Assembly (NCBI GenBank): GCA_032718475.1
Contig: JAUCBJ010008799.1
Span: 62,001 to 126,000, forward strand
Source: Nemertoderma westbladi
Lineage: Eukaryota; Animalia; Xenacoelomorpha
Reading direction: 5' to 3'
Length of the DNA: 64,000 nt
The translations under genes were made by a program, and so were the position numbers. This document shows positions 1 through 13,039 of the stretch, in pieces. The notes under the pieces are model-generated. The model had not been told where the DNA came from, did no database searches, and saw nothing but the letters and a program-made list of their open reading frames with translations. Each line of letters begins with the position of its first letter. The stretch's first letter is position 1.

Positions 1-302
1 TATCTGGGTCTTTCCACAGCATGGGCGAACACCAATGTCCGTCTTTGAACGTGGCCTGATCAAGGACGTCAATACAATATTGATCTTCCTCAGACGGGTT
101 CTTGTCCTTTTAGCAAACTCTTGGGTCTCTAAGTTAAAGTACTTGGTCATTTCTTGCTGGGTTTTTTCAGTCTCTAGGAATAAATCCTCGTCCAGGTCCA
201 TTGCTGAACAATAACCCATGGATGTTGCATTCTCTTTAATCTGACATTTAGGAAGATATGTATAGGTGTCTGTAGTCTCCTCTTTGTGTATTCAGCTGAT
301 TG

Positions 303-2108
303 TCAGAACTGCACTCGGAGATCGGTGTGTACCAGGGCGTTCTTGATCGTCAGTTTGACCGTCTCGTAACCCTTCATAACTCCTTCCATCTTGAGTTGCA
401 CCTCCCCGGACTCTACTTCTCTATGGTCGGTGATAGTTTGTATGGGCCGTTTGCAAGGTTCGTATTCTAGGCCTAGTTGTTTGAGGAAATCCCGGTCGAT
501 GATGGTTCCGTCCGACCCGTTGTCAAGGAACGCGAGCGTTGTCAAGGATTTCCCGACCCCTTGAATTCTTACTGGAATTACTTTGGCAAAGACCATGTAA
601 CGGTGGTTTATAAGGTTGATCGTAGCCGAGATATTTCTCACATGTGATACATCGGTAGCGGTTTTAAACGGATTGGTTTCCCTCCGTTGAATCGTCCGGG
701 TACCCTTAGAGATGTGATTCGTTTCTCCTCTCCTTTTGGATTCGATCCAGAACGGTAGGGTGGAAAAGTCGAAGTTCGCAGGGATGTGGAGGAGTGTGTG
801 ATGGCGTAGGTCATTACAGACCGCGCAGCATGATGAGCAATCCCGAACATAGTGACCTGTTCCGAGACAACGGAAGCATCCTCGGTGTTTCATTATCGCC
901 TCGAAGCGTTGAACGAGTTCGGCGAACTGGAACTTTCTGCAGAATTCCACCATGTGTTTCTCTCCACAGAAAAGACATAGAAGGGAGGTTGTGGTGCCTT
1001 CCCTTTCGGGTGCCCAATTCGCTAGATAACACGCCCATTCCTCGGCTGATGTCGGTTCCTCGTAGGCCTCATCGTCGGAATCCTCAGCCATAGTGGTGGC
1101 CATTGTACTCACTGGAGGGGGACGATCGGTTTTGGAGTGGGTGCCCTGCTACTGGAGTTGTTCTCTACCCCGTCTAACTTGGAGAGACTTTGTTTTTGTG
1201 AACAAGAATCGCTTGGGCCTCGGCACTTCGTTTACGCATTTCGGCCTTTGTTTTCATGTCTCGGCCTGTTGTTCGGCCTCTATTTTACGCATTTCGGCCT
1301 CTTGTTTTCATGTCTCGGCCTGTTGTTCAGCCTCTATTTTACGCATTTCGGCCTCTTGTTTTCGTGTCTCGGCCTGTTGTTCGGCCTCTATTTTACACAT
1401 TTCGGCCTCTTGTTTTCGTGTCTTGGCCTGTTGTTCGGCCTCTATTTTACGCATTTCGGCCTCCTGTTTATGTCTCTCCTCAGCTAATACATCCTGTTCA
1501 ATCTGTAGTTGGACGTATTCGTCTTCCATTCGGGCTTTAAGGGCCAGTGCCCTCTGTTCTCGTAGCTGATCTCGTAGTGGTTGACCCCCAAGAGAACTGT
1601 GCGCTGAACCAGATATCTCGCTCCTAGCGCTGGAGTGCTGGTGCCTCGAGGACCCAGTTCTTTTTCGCTGAACCATGGTCCTGGTTCCAGAGGTCCGTAC
1701 CGATTCTGCGTCCGCCCTTTCGGTTTATTTATAATACTGTTCTTCGTAGCCTCTTACGAGGCTGAGGGTCCTCCGATGTTGTTTGGGGAACTCGTCCAAA
1801 TGTGCGACGTGTTCTTCGAGTCTGGGGTAGTTTCCCAGATCGGTGGCGGGGATGAGTTCTTGATATGCCTGTATCATCCTCTCATATCGTTGTAAGATAC
1901 TTCGGATATTCTGTAATTGAGTCTGTATATCGCTGAGTGGGGTCTCGGCTCCTTTTAGTTGTTTCTCGATGTGATGATATGCTCGAGTCACCCCGCCTTT
2001 GAGAGCTCCTAGTCGACGAGCCATGTTCTTCACATTCAGTACCTCGTCGGCTTCCGAGTCTGTGTGGGGGTCCATTTCATCAGTATCGGAGATGTTGTTC
2101 GTCGTCAT
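303..2108 (-). pseudogene. Disrupted Bel/Pao gag-protease reading frame
   Basis: ORFs 1725..2108, 1308..1676 and 303..1112 are consecutive pieces. The stop at 1308 is a CGA>TGA change visible by comparing the 54-bp repeat units. Contains coiled coil, 3 zinc knuckles and a D-[ST/N]-G-S protease motif. Confidence 0.8.
1234..1465. repeat. 54-bp coding tandem repeat (about 4.5 copies) encoding KQEAEMRKIEAEQQAETR coiled coil on the minus strand
   Basis: Unit cgcatttcggcctcttgttttcrtgtctcggcctgttgttcggcctctattttac recurs at 54-bp spacing. Confidence 0.9.
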
Positions 2109-2507
2109 TCCAGCGCCTCGTTGATCGCCAGATATGCGATATCATAAAATAGTTCTTCGTAGGTCTCGTATTCGGCTTGGACTACCCGAACTGTAATCCT
2201 GAATCGTCCGACGTTCGTTCCCTATACTTCAACTTCGACGTGTCAGATTCCTGGCTCAACTTGGATTATATCAATAGGTGTGATCGATACTTCCATTCCC
2301 TGTTAGCGACTCTCTGTATATGATCTGCCGACTACGAGTTTTTAGTTCGAGTTTGTAGATTGATTGAACCACGGCTTTGTCTTAAATCAAATACCAGAGT
2401 TTCCTCATAGTGGGTGCTGGTTAAGCACGGAGAGAGTTTGAAGAGTTCTGTAGGATTCCCAACTTCCCCCAGTTGAAGTTGGCCGCGTCTTATTCTCAAT
2501 TTTGTTG

Positions 2508-2525
2508 CCGTTATTCCCGACACCA
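2508..2525 (-). promoter_or_regulatory. tRNA primer-binding site (TGGTGTCGGGAATAACGG)
   Basis: Starts with TGG (complement of tRNA CCA) immediately after the LTR terminal CA. TGGTGTC resembles tRNA-Leu-type PBSs (tRNA identity tentative). Confidence 0.65.
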
Positions 2526-4056
2526 TGGGGGAAAACGCCGATGCTGGAGGCGGAACTTTTTGACCACGGAATTCCGGCCAGTCACCGGATATTGGTAGTG
2601 GAGAAGGAATACGTTCTTAAATGCAAGATTGCAGTTGAGAAAAGTTTCATTGGTTGGATATAATCTTTAATGTAACTTCCCTACGGTTGAATCTTGATTG
2701 AGAATAAGTTGGGCTTCCCCAAACCAATATACACCAAATATTCACAATAATATAACACGACAATATAAATCCCTACAGTACATTATTTAATTACCCACTG
2801 TTCGCTCAGATTTTAACCTAACTAATGTTCCCCAATTTTCCCTCAGTCCTAGTCTTGGTACCATAGTGTCGGTGTCGGTCGACCCTGTTGAGTGTCTGTC
2901 CCACCCTTCCCGAACCCCGAAGGGATCGGTCATCAGGAAAGCGGTACAGCTTGGCTAAGGGTCGGTCAAGTCGGTAGACCTGGTTGCGTGTCCGTCCCAC
3001 ACTTCCCGAACCCCGAAGGGATCGGTCATCAGGAAAGCGGTACGGCTTGGCTAGGGGTCCGTCGGTTCATCGCAAGGACCCAACCACCTAGGCTTTCTGA
3101 GTCCTTATTCAGGCTCATAGTCGCTTCGGTAGCCGAGAAACTGCTCCGAACAGTCGGTAGGCCAGTAGAGTCCAGTCCTTTGTCTTTCAACCCCGTTGCG
3201 TGTCCGTCCCACCCTTCCCTAACCCCAGGGGATCGGTCATCAGGAAAGCAGTACGGCTTGGCAAGGGGTCTGTCAGCCCGTCGTGAGCCCCAATGGTTGG
3301 TAGTTTTCCGAGTCCTTATTCAGGCTCATACTAACGCCCGTTGTGGAACCCACTCCAGGAAGGCAGTCCTCGTCGAACCCTTCCTCCGTTAGTCGGTCGA
3401 CCCGTCGCCAGTCCATGGGGTATGTCGGCAGGCTTTCCGAGTCCTTATTCAGGCTCGTACTAACTGCCGGCGACCAGGGACCGCTAAAGGTCTGTCTATT
3501 GGTTCCCGTCGCAAATCCCTGACACAAGCAGCAGACTTTCCGAGTCCTTATTCAGGCTCATACTAACGCCCGTTGTGGAACCCACTCCAGGAAGGCAGTC
3601 CTCGTCGAACCCTTCCTCCGTTAGTCGGTCGACCCGTCGCCAGTCCATGGGGTATGTCGGCAGGCTTTCCGAGTCCTTATTCAGGCTCGTACTAACTGCC
3701 GGCGACCAGGGACCGCTAAAGGTCTGTCTATCGGTTCCCGTCGCAAATCCCTGACACAAGCAGCAGACTTTCCGAGTCCTTATTCAGGCTCGTAATAACT
3801 GCTGTTGGCCAGGGACCGCTAAGGGCAGTCCTTGTCCTTTAGACCTAGCGAGTTACCAAATCCACCTCTACAGGCAGCAGGAAGTTGGCTAGGCCTAATA
3901 GTAATCAGGCAAACCTGAATACTGCTTAACTTTGCCTCCCACCCCTGGCCCTTAAATACATGAAATGAGTCCCGTACCCCGTAAGTCGCCCCAATATTCG
4001 CCCATAAATCGCCCCCAGTCCATTGAATGTGCCCAAATCCCATGTTCCCGCACCCA
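2526..4056 (-). repeat. Putative 5' LTR (about 1.53 kb) with internal repeats
   Basis: Bounded by TGGG (2526) and CCCA (4056), abuts the PBS, and composition changes abruptly to AT-rich after 4056. The partner LTR is outside the window, so it is unverified. Confidence 0.65.
3305..3768. repeat. 232-bp near-perfect tandem duplication inside the LTR
   Basis: tttccgagtccttattcaggctc starts at 3305, 3537 and 3769. ORFs 3273..3527 and 3496..3759 are near-identical. Confidence 0.9.
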
Positions 4057-4538
4057 GTAGTGATATCGGAATATTCATTTAAAATAAATCCAAAAAATAT
4101 TCAAATCGCGTTAAGAAAAGTTGAAATACCGCGAACAATAACTTTATTGGTGTATTAGTGAGGTACATAGGGAAACTAGTTGATATCAGAAATAATATAC
4201 ATCGCAAGTCACAAAACTAATCTTATTCTTTATTCATGACACTTCCTCTGGGGTCCATCCATCCACATCGCTTGACTGGTTCATCCAAAAGCAGGTTCCC
4301 TGGCCAGACTCCGGGTGATTGTGAAATATGTGAGGTCGATATTCAACTAGAGATACACTCAGGCATCGGATTATTACAATTTCGAACCCTCACCATTGAC
4401 GAAATCTACTAACAGTCCATGACCCAGAATGTCAATACTAAACATTATACAAAAAACAACATATTAAAATCTAACAAAATACAATTAATAAAAAAGTTTA
4501 TAATAATAAACCAACATCAGACCTATTGTATCCAACAT

Positions 4539-7500
4539 TTATTTACTAGGATTCTTAGCTATAAAATGTAAAAAACTGTTCTTGTTTTCAATTAATCGTT
4601 TTGGTTCATCAAATTCCACAATTTCTCCTTCACTCATAACTATTATGCGATTGCTGTTTAAGATGGTATTTATCCTATGAGCAATTGTCAAAACTGTTGC
4701 ATTGTGGAAATTCTTTCTGATTGCTGTCTGTATAATTTTATCTGTAAACTGATCGATAGAAGATGTTGCTTCATCAATTAGAACAACCTTCGATTTTTTT
4801 AACATTGCTCTTCCTAAACATACCAATTGTTTCTCGCCAACACTTAGGTTACCTCCACGATTTTCAATTCCAAAATTCAAAATATCAATTTGTCTCTCAT
4901 GGGGTATAAGTGAACCATATCCAAAACATGTACCACCAACCCTTTTAAAAACAAATTTCATTTCCAATGAAGTTCTCAATTGCACACTTTCCAAAGCCTT
5001 AATTATCTCTATACTATCAAACTCATTAAATGGATCTAAATTAAATCGCAAAGTCCCTTCAAAAAGAAAGGGATCTTGGGGAATAACTGCAATGGACTTC
5101 CGTAAATCATGTAAACCAATTTCAGTTATATCAACACCATCTATGGTGATTGTTCCTTGAGGTTCAACAAGACGAAGTAACACTGTAAATAAGGAAGATT
5201 TTCATGCTCCTGTGCGCCCAACTATTCCTATTTTCTCAGATGGTCTCGTTTGAAGATTTATTTTATGTAGGACCTCATTGTCTCCATAATTAAGTTTCAC
5301 ATTATTGAAGGAGATAATTCCAGCTTTTGGCCAATTGTTTGGAATTTGAGTTCCAGTACTGAGAAAAGGAGCCTCTTGATCTAGTTTGGAGTAATCAAAA
5401 ACACGTTCAACCGATGTTAAATCAATTTCTAGCTGAACTGATACCATCATCAAGTATATTATCATGTTTACTATGCCAAACACATATATTACTGCAACAC
5501 ATAATATCTCTGTTGAAACAAGGGTGTCCATGTACAAAGAAATCAGAAGAACAAACATGCTGAAAATGGCATAAGGAATATATACAGTTATAGTAACTAA
5601 GGCACTCATTACTTTAACCATAAACAATGATTCAGTGTGTTTATCTAAGTGGCTGAAGAAACATTTTACATAAAATGGTTGGACACCAAATGCTTTTATA
5701 ACATCATGGCCTTCTATGGTATCAGATGCATGTTGAAATATTGGATTTCTTGTTGATCCTTCAATAAACTTCACTTGTTTAAGATATTTCATAATATACC
5801 AACGTATTTTGAAAATTATGACAAGTAGAGGAATAGCTAACAGTAAAGTCCATGGATTAGCTATTCCCGCAACTAAGATCGCAAGAATACATTGACCAAA
5901 AGAATGTGTCATAACAGCAACCATTTCTGCTAATTTGTTATCTAATATTCCTAAGTCCTTAGAGAAACGGTTCAGTACGCCACCTACAGGATTCTGCTCA
6001 AAGAATTTCATTGTTGCGTGTGAAACTTTATGGAAGATTTCACAATGTAATTTGTCAGATGCTCTTAGTATAATGAAATATATCGAAAATATACTAAAAG
6101 CACCACCAAATATATAGGAAAAAACCAGATATGCATATACAAGAACAATATCTTTCCACTGGCTTTCATTGATGAATTCGTTAAGTAAATTAACATCAAG
6201 TGAATTATATTTTAGTGAATCATTAAATGATGCTTGCATTGCCCAAGCTACCAAAAAATAATCCGACAATGATAAATAAATATATGACAAAGTTAATGAT
6301 GATATGAAGACTAAAATACTAGGTACATTCATACCACCTTTAATAAAAGCAATAAATTTTGCAAATGATGACTTCTATGAATGTATCAGATATAATGCCA
6401 TTATTAGCAGCATGATCATCTCCTATCATTATTTCATCTTCAGACATTTTAGTAAACCTAACTTGATTATATTTCAATGTTTCTGTTGAATATTTATTCA
6501 GTGTTTCGGATATATCATTGTCATAAAGAGAAACTATTTTGGAATTTGCCGGTATAATTTGTAAAAGGTGAGTGACCAATATCACAATTCCTCTTGATTG
6601 ACAGTGTTTTAAACAGTTGTCTACTAAGGTTTGGGCCACTCGTCTGTCTACAGCCGACAGAGGATCATCCATGAGGTATATATTCGCCCTAGAGTAAACT
6701 GCTCTTGCTAAGGCTATACGAGCTTTTTGTCCTCCAGATAATGATATTCCCTTTTCACCAACTAATGTCATATCTCCATCTTCAAATTGTAATAAATCCA
6801 CTGTTAAACAACTTAGTTCAATAACTTCATTGTACCAATCTCGCTCAAATATTTGTCCCAACAATATATTTTCCCTTATAGTTCCTGAGAAAATGAATGG
6901 CGTTTGAGATACAAAAGCCATATTTCCATTTTTCTCAATTGAACCACTTTCAGTTGGCAACTCACCTAGTATCGCCTGCAATAGACTTGACTTCCCAGAA
7001 CCCACTGGACCTATGATGTATACGATTTCACCGAAAACCGCTTTGAATGTTATGTTTTGAATGACTGATCCGTTGTTGACAGACCATCGTCCTGATCCTG
7101 AAATATCTTTTACATTTAGAAAAATATCTTTAGGACCAAACATATTTCTACATTTTCCTACTTCTTCGAATTCCTCAACAGCAAATAGATTACAACTGAA
7201 ACCAATAAATGTATTAATTCGTTGGAAAACACATTGAAGTTCTCCTAATTCACGTAAGGCTGCACCAAACATGGATAATGCTGGAATTAAATTTGACAAT
7301 ATAATGTTTGCACTGAGTACTGTGTTAATATTTAATCGAAATCCAAGAGCAGTGTAGAGTACGTAGACACAAAAGTAAACAACATTGATATAGGCAAATG
7401 TAATGAGAGAGTTGAATGAGTTGCAATACATGATTTTACATATCTGCGAGAATTCTTTACTACGGGCCTTGTTTACAGCTTCTTCAAAGAGTTCTTCTAA

Positions 7501-9702
7501 GCCATAAACTTTGATAGCCTTCATACCAAATAATATTTCACTCATCAATGTTATTCTTCTATCAGTTAACACAGCAGCTTTACCTCTTACACTTGAAAAG
7601 TACTTTGCAAATCCCAGACTCAATGGGATAACCAAGATTAGAAGAAACATCCCAAATAATCCAGACCATCCCAGATAGAAGAACATTAAGGGAAACACTA
7701 TAATTATCATAATAGGAGTTACCATTAGATAATTCCCCAAAACTGCAAAATGTCAAATCTTCCTACATCTGTAGATAACAGGTTGGTAATCTGTCCAGTT
7801 GTTATATTTTGGATATTGAAAGAATTTAATGTCATTATTTTTCTAAAAATCAGGGTACTGCAACAAACTTGAATCTTTATCCACAATAGTTTAGAATATA
7901 ATGTAGAATTAGTAGATGCGACTACAGATATAAATGAAGCTACTCCAATTATTAAACAATCAACTAATGCTCTTTGTCTCGAAACATTTCTATCAATTTT
8001 TAAATAGTATTCAATCAAACTGTGTAGATATATAACTTTAACTATCAGGCAAACTTCGTGAATGATTCTTATGCAACAACAAATAAGATATTCTTTCCAA
8101 TATATTCTTATTAATGTGCGCACAATATCCAATTGTTCCTGACTCTTCCTTCCCTCTACATCCACAATCTACAAATGAAAAATAATTATTGAAAGCAGTG
8201 TAAAATATATTAAAGAGGATAAGTTTAATTATATTACAGTATAACACTGTGGCAACACTGCTCCTTACATTATGGGGCGAGCCACGAAATCTAGGTTGGC
8301 CTTTGCATAGCGATATAATTAGTACCTTTATATAATATATTTAGATATAATTAGTAAAATTGTGTAACTTCGCCGTCATTTGAAATGTTTGAACGCTAAT
8401 AAGTCGGTCAATCATTGATGAAAGGAACCAAACTTGGTAAATATGTGGCGGACAACAATTTAGAAATTCTACAGAAGTTATAGAAGTTCTATATTATAGA
8501 AATTCTACAGTTTTTCTGTCGGACGCTAGGGGAGTGACCAGGTCCACTAACTCGTGTGTACTTATGCTGTAGTGGTTGGCTGATATTTCATAGGTGGACA
8601 TACAAAATTTTACCTCATTAGCAATGAACTTGATGTGCTCATCTTCAATGGAAAAACAGCAGTAAAGTATAGCATGCAGTGAATTTAACGGTCTGAAGTT
8701 TCTCACAATCACAAGTTCTCAAACGTTTTCAAGTTCACAAAGGTTCTCAAGTTCTCAAAGGTTCTCAAGTTCTGAAAGGTTCTCTAGTTATCAAAGGTTC
8801 TCAAGTTCACAACTGTTCTCAAGTTCACAAAGGTTCTCAAGTTCACGAATGTTCTCAAGTTCTGAAAGGTTCTCAAACTATAAAGTTATCAAACTCCCAG
8901 CTTCTATCAGAGGTGAAGGAAAACTAACGATATGTATTAACTTTATGATTTAATTGTGGTGCAATTATTTACTACTGTAGGTTATTTTTTTCGATGCTTT
9001 CCCGACTCTCAACGTTTAGTCTTATCTTTTCCTTCTTTGTCGGTGGTCTCTATTTCAACATGAATCGGTCTCGGGGGCCGATGACTTGGTAGGGCAGGGA
9101 CTCTCTCTTGGGGCATTTTGAGCTTGCAAGAAGATTTATCGCCACGCGACGCCTGAGGGTGAGAAGGTACTTGAACGAAGTAAAACAACTAACCTCATGT
9201 GAGTGCGGTGAAGAATTTATTCGAAAGGTGGATGGAATGAATTTCATGGAACCGAATACATAACCTGTTCTATTGACTTTAGTTTATTGTTTTGTTAGAA
9301 TAAAGTGCCACTGCACTGTAACCTGCTCCTTTCCCTAAATTGAAAATTTAACATTGAGGCGCGATATTAATTTACCGAGATGAGATTTGCATCCTGCCCC
9401 CCCCCCCCCCCCCCGCCTACCCTGTCTCTAAAAATTAAAAGCGGGGGGGGGGGGGGTTTGTGGGTCTTGCCCAATATTAAATTACATAAATACACACATA
9501 CAGTATTACAAAGGCTCACCTTGCCATTGCTGTGGACGTATTTAAGAAATTTGTTGAACTGGCAATCTGCAGTTAAATTGTCTGGAAGGGGTCTAAAGAA
9601 ATCATCGCCCCTAATTCTCCTGTATGATTGAATTCTTAGAAACGGGAAAATGAAGAAGTAGAACCAAGGCAAAAAAGGATTGGTGTTAAAATAAGTATTC
9701 AT
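4539..9702 (-). pseudogene. ABCC4/MRP4-like ABC transporter pseudogene; exon 1 9702-9520, exon 2 8168-4539
   Basis: Close paralogue of the 29393-41000 gene. AAG|GTGAG donor at 9520/9519 and TTTGTAG|ATT acceptor at 8169/8168. Lesions: 1-nt frameshift near 7745, 11-nt deletion near 6372, and GGA>TGA nonsense in the NBD2 Walker A (GRTGA*KSS, about 5203). Confidence 0.9.
8713..8878. repeat. About 19-bp minisatellite (aaaggttctcaagttcac-like) in the intron
   Basis: Repeated gttctcaagttc units. Confidence 0.8.
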
Positions 9703-10813
9703 TGTTCCGAGTTCTGATAGATACAATGGTTTAATAGAAAACGTAGTTTATGTACCACAAAGTCCTATCTACCGCGGTGTCCGCTCTCACTACGAATGCT
9801 GGACACTGAAATTAAACTAAAATGTCGGTTTCAGTTTGCTACCTAATTCGGCTACAGTTACCATATGATACACATAATGTTAAGTTGTGTGTGGATTTCA
9901 GTTGATTACATACAATATAATTTTATACAATACTGAACAACAGTATACGGTATCATTGTTGTATTAATATTGTTCTATCACTGTTAGACAATAGTTAGTA
10001 TTACAACTGTATGAATAGTTGATGTAAGCGGATAGTACAGAGAATACACGGAATGTACAACCCATATTGGCCGTAGGACGATTTATGTACTACAGTATCA
10101 ATAAGATGGAATAGAGTATCTAAAAACGACTTGAAAATAGTGTAGCAACGTGTTAATGTTTAATGTTTCGAATAAAATGCATCACAAACAATTCGATTTT
10201 GTGTTTAAAAGTATAAAACTGATTTGAATTGATTTTATTTATCTATCAGTGATACCACATATGTTGATGTAATAATTATACTCAATTACAGCAATTACTA
10301 ATGTATTATTGTAATACAAAAGACATAGTTTAAGGATAATAATACTGTAGATCATTGATTTACATAGGCCTACAATTTGCATAACATAAAAGTTGTAAAA
10401 TGTAAATTTATATTCAATAGATGGAGAACAAAGCTATCTCAACGAGAACATCAAAAAATATTTTTTGATTATCTATTTATTTAATTTATTCTAAACTTAC
10501 ATACCCTTTGTACACGTTCGTGGGGGCCTTCACGCAACCCGATACTCAGTTATGAAACAAATTAGAATTGGGTGATTTTATCAGAAAATTGATTTAAGTA
10601 ATTTAACCAAACCTCAAATAAATCCAAGGAGAGGGGACAGTTCTTCCCCTTTAATCCGGCTTTTAATCTGTACCCCAACACAAAAGCGCATGGATTCCAG
10701 TCCATAAGATCAATGACAGGTATTGACAGAGAATTGGTTTTTTAAAATTAATATATTTTAGTCGTGGCATCGGCCCAAATTGTAATTAATATCAAAACTT
10801 ACCTTATGCCGAT

Positions 10814-10992
10814 GGAAGCAGGACAATTCGGTCCGGACAATTCGGTCCTAGGACAATTCGGTCCCGGACAATTCGGTCCCGGACAATTCGGTCCCATTTA
10901 TTTAGTGTTTTGGGACCGAATTGTCCGGGACCGAATTGTCCGGACCGAATTGTCCGGGACCGAATTGTCCGGGACCGAATTGTCCTACATCC
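10814..10992. mobile_element. Foldback MITE: 5+5 inverted copies of a ~15-bp unit (ggacaattcggtccc), GG...CC termini, flanked by a 21-bp direct repeat
   Basis: TIRs GGAAGCAGGACAATTCGG / GGATGTAGGACAATTCGG. caaaacttaccttatgccgat occurs at 10793-10813 and 10993-11013. Confidence 0.9.
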
Positions 10993-12389
10993 CAAAACTT
11001 ACCTTATGCCGATATAGTGATGTTACTAAAACATTAAATTACATTAATTTACCATGTCAATGCCTCAACGACATAATATAGCAAATTCTAAAGGCTCCCC
11101 ACTCACTAAACACAAGCGAAATTAATTTCAAAATAATACAATCTTTGAAAAATTTATACAATACCCAAGGCAATATTTTTGCGAACTAAACTATTATGAA
11201 TCTTTTCCTACGATTGAATAATCAAGCTGACATCAGTCTGACACCTCTCGGTTCACGCAGAAAATGCTGTTTTTTATACTGCAATGAACATAATTAACGA
11301 ATTAACTGCTTTTATCTTAGCTTTTCGAAGGCCATACGTAAATGTTACTTGGAAAATTTCTAAACTTTTGCCAGACTACATATGTTATCTGAATCTGGTT
11401 AGATTTCATCGAGGATTGGTCTAGTTAACCTTTAACTATTGGGATCTCCAGATCGACTGACACACAGGTTGTGATTGTGGTGCCCGTAAGCTAAGTTTGC
11501 ATTATATCGCGGCTCGCCCCACTGAAGCATTGTTATTCGGTATCAAGTTTGTAGCTAGATTGTAGAGAAGGTCAATCCGAGTAGAACAACTTGAAGGTTC
11601 GCGAATAATTTATCTGCGGTTCGGGTTATTTCGATATTTTATTAGCACCTTTTTATAGATTGCATTATATTATTCGAAGTATAAAATTAACGTGCTGGTC
11701 TTCATTTCTATACGTACTGTGTATTGCGCATAGACCCCATACATACATCTTTTTTATATTTCGAAAAATAGCCCCACACCACGAAAATTGCCATAGACCA
11801 ACAAGCACTGGGCCGTTTTTTAGGTTGGTAATAATGAGGATATGCATGTGCCTACATAGCCTGCATGATTCGAGTCTGCTTATAATTTTCAGTCAACCGA
11901 TTCCTCATTGGGTAATTCTATCCACCTCAATCTCAGAAATCCATTTATCAGCCGGCAGTATCCTGCCCTGCAGTAGTTCGTGTGAATAATAAGAGATGCT
12001 TCAGGTTAGGACGTTAGGTAGGCCTACTTCTACCTTTCAACTTTTGATGTTGATCGCCTAAGTTTGCTTAGTTTCTTGGCTCACCCCACAACCACATACA
12101 CCGATTAGATCTCTTGTGTTTTCTTTACTTATCAAAGCAATTTCCTTGGTAAAATAGGAAAACAGCTCGAGTTGCGCACCCTGCGAAATGGTGCAAATAT
12201 AAAATAGACGAGTATGCCTACTAGTATCCTATACTACTACTACTACTATTACTATCGGCATGTTGCATTGCAGCCGCATTGTATATACAATATTATTATT
12301 ATATTATATTATTATTATTATATATATTGCATTACTTATATTTTAGGAATGCTCCACCCCTTTGTCGACAAAATTGCGGCAAAACTAGT

Positions 12390-12655
12390 CTAGCCTTTCA
12401 GTGGTTTGAAATGTAAAGAAATCACTCGGTAACCCCATAATACACCAATTCCTTTTGTTAGAGTATTTATTTCAGTGTAAACTTCGTCGTAAGTAGAATG
12501 GTGTTTGTGTCGTGAAAGACCAAGACGATTAATAATTATCCTTAATGTTCTCTGACTTATTTGAATATCATAGCAATTTATCAACAGAGTAGTGATTTCT
12601 TTATATTTTAAACTACTGAAGAAGTATTTCTTAATTAAAATAGAAACATCATCAT
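12390..12655 (-). pseudogene. N-terminal fragment of an IS3EU-like (Clr5-like HTH) DNA transposase
   Basis: Reads LIKKYFFSSLKYKEITTLLINCYDIQISQRTLRIIINRLGLSR...GIGVLWGYR, matching the recalled pattern of metazoan integrase-core transposases. Confidence 0.5.
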
Positions 12656-13039
12656 TATAGTTATCGGGATAGGGGGTTGGTAATCAATGACAGAAACAAC
12701 AAGTGACATGAAAATAAAGAGATAAACCATATTCTAGTACCTGTATTCACAATTCAGATTACGAGAAATTGGAATAGAAAACAAAAATTACAGTATTATT
12801 TTAGTAGCTGCAAGGTAGACACCGGTACCGGTAATTACCTATATACAATACAGCAATATAAAACCAATACAGGTACTGCAATATCAACAATAGGTCGATA
12901 GAATTTCACTAAATTTCAAATTTCCCCCTACTACTAACAATATAACAATGTCAAAATCGAACCAATGAATGGTTGGCCTCTTTGGAGCACTTAGTGCAGG
13001 GGTGTGTGTGTGTGGTTGACCAGTAAACAACTGGAAAAC

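Larger units (their letters stand above)
1..4056 (-). mobile_element. Bel/Pao-type LTR retrotransposon, 5' part (5' LTR, PBS, disrupted gag-protease); continues past the window start
   Basis: Triple zinc knuckle CLFCGEKHMVEFC / CFRCLGTGHYVRDC / CAVCNDLRHHTLLH followed by aspartic protease motif LAFLDNGSDGTII, the Bel/Pao gag-PR signature. TGG-starting PBS directly next to a TGGG...CCCA bounded segment. Confidence 0.85.

Noticed and set aside
2895-3060. Hammerhead ribozyme in the first LTR (CTGATGA-hairpin-GAA on the minus strand)
   Set aside because: GAAG rather than GAAA, and no consistent stems I/III with a UH site; a simple bulged hairpin explains the pairing better
4539-8168. ABCC copy 1 broken only by sequencing error
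   Set aside because: One lesion is in an A-run, but the 11-nt deletion and the GGA>TGA substitution are not homopolymer-type errors
8274-11520. Inverted 14-mers (ggggcgagccrcga) bracketing exon 1 of the pseudogene as a gene-capturing transposon
   Set aside because: No TSD found, and the exon context is shared with the paralogue; more likely two independent repeat fragments
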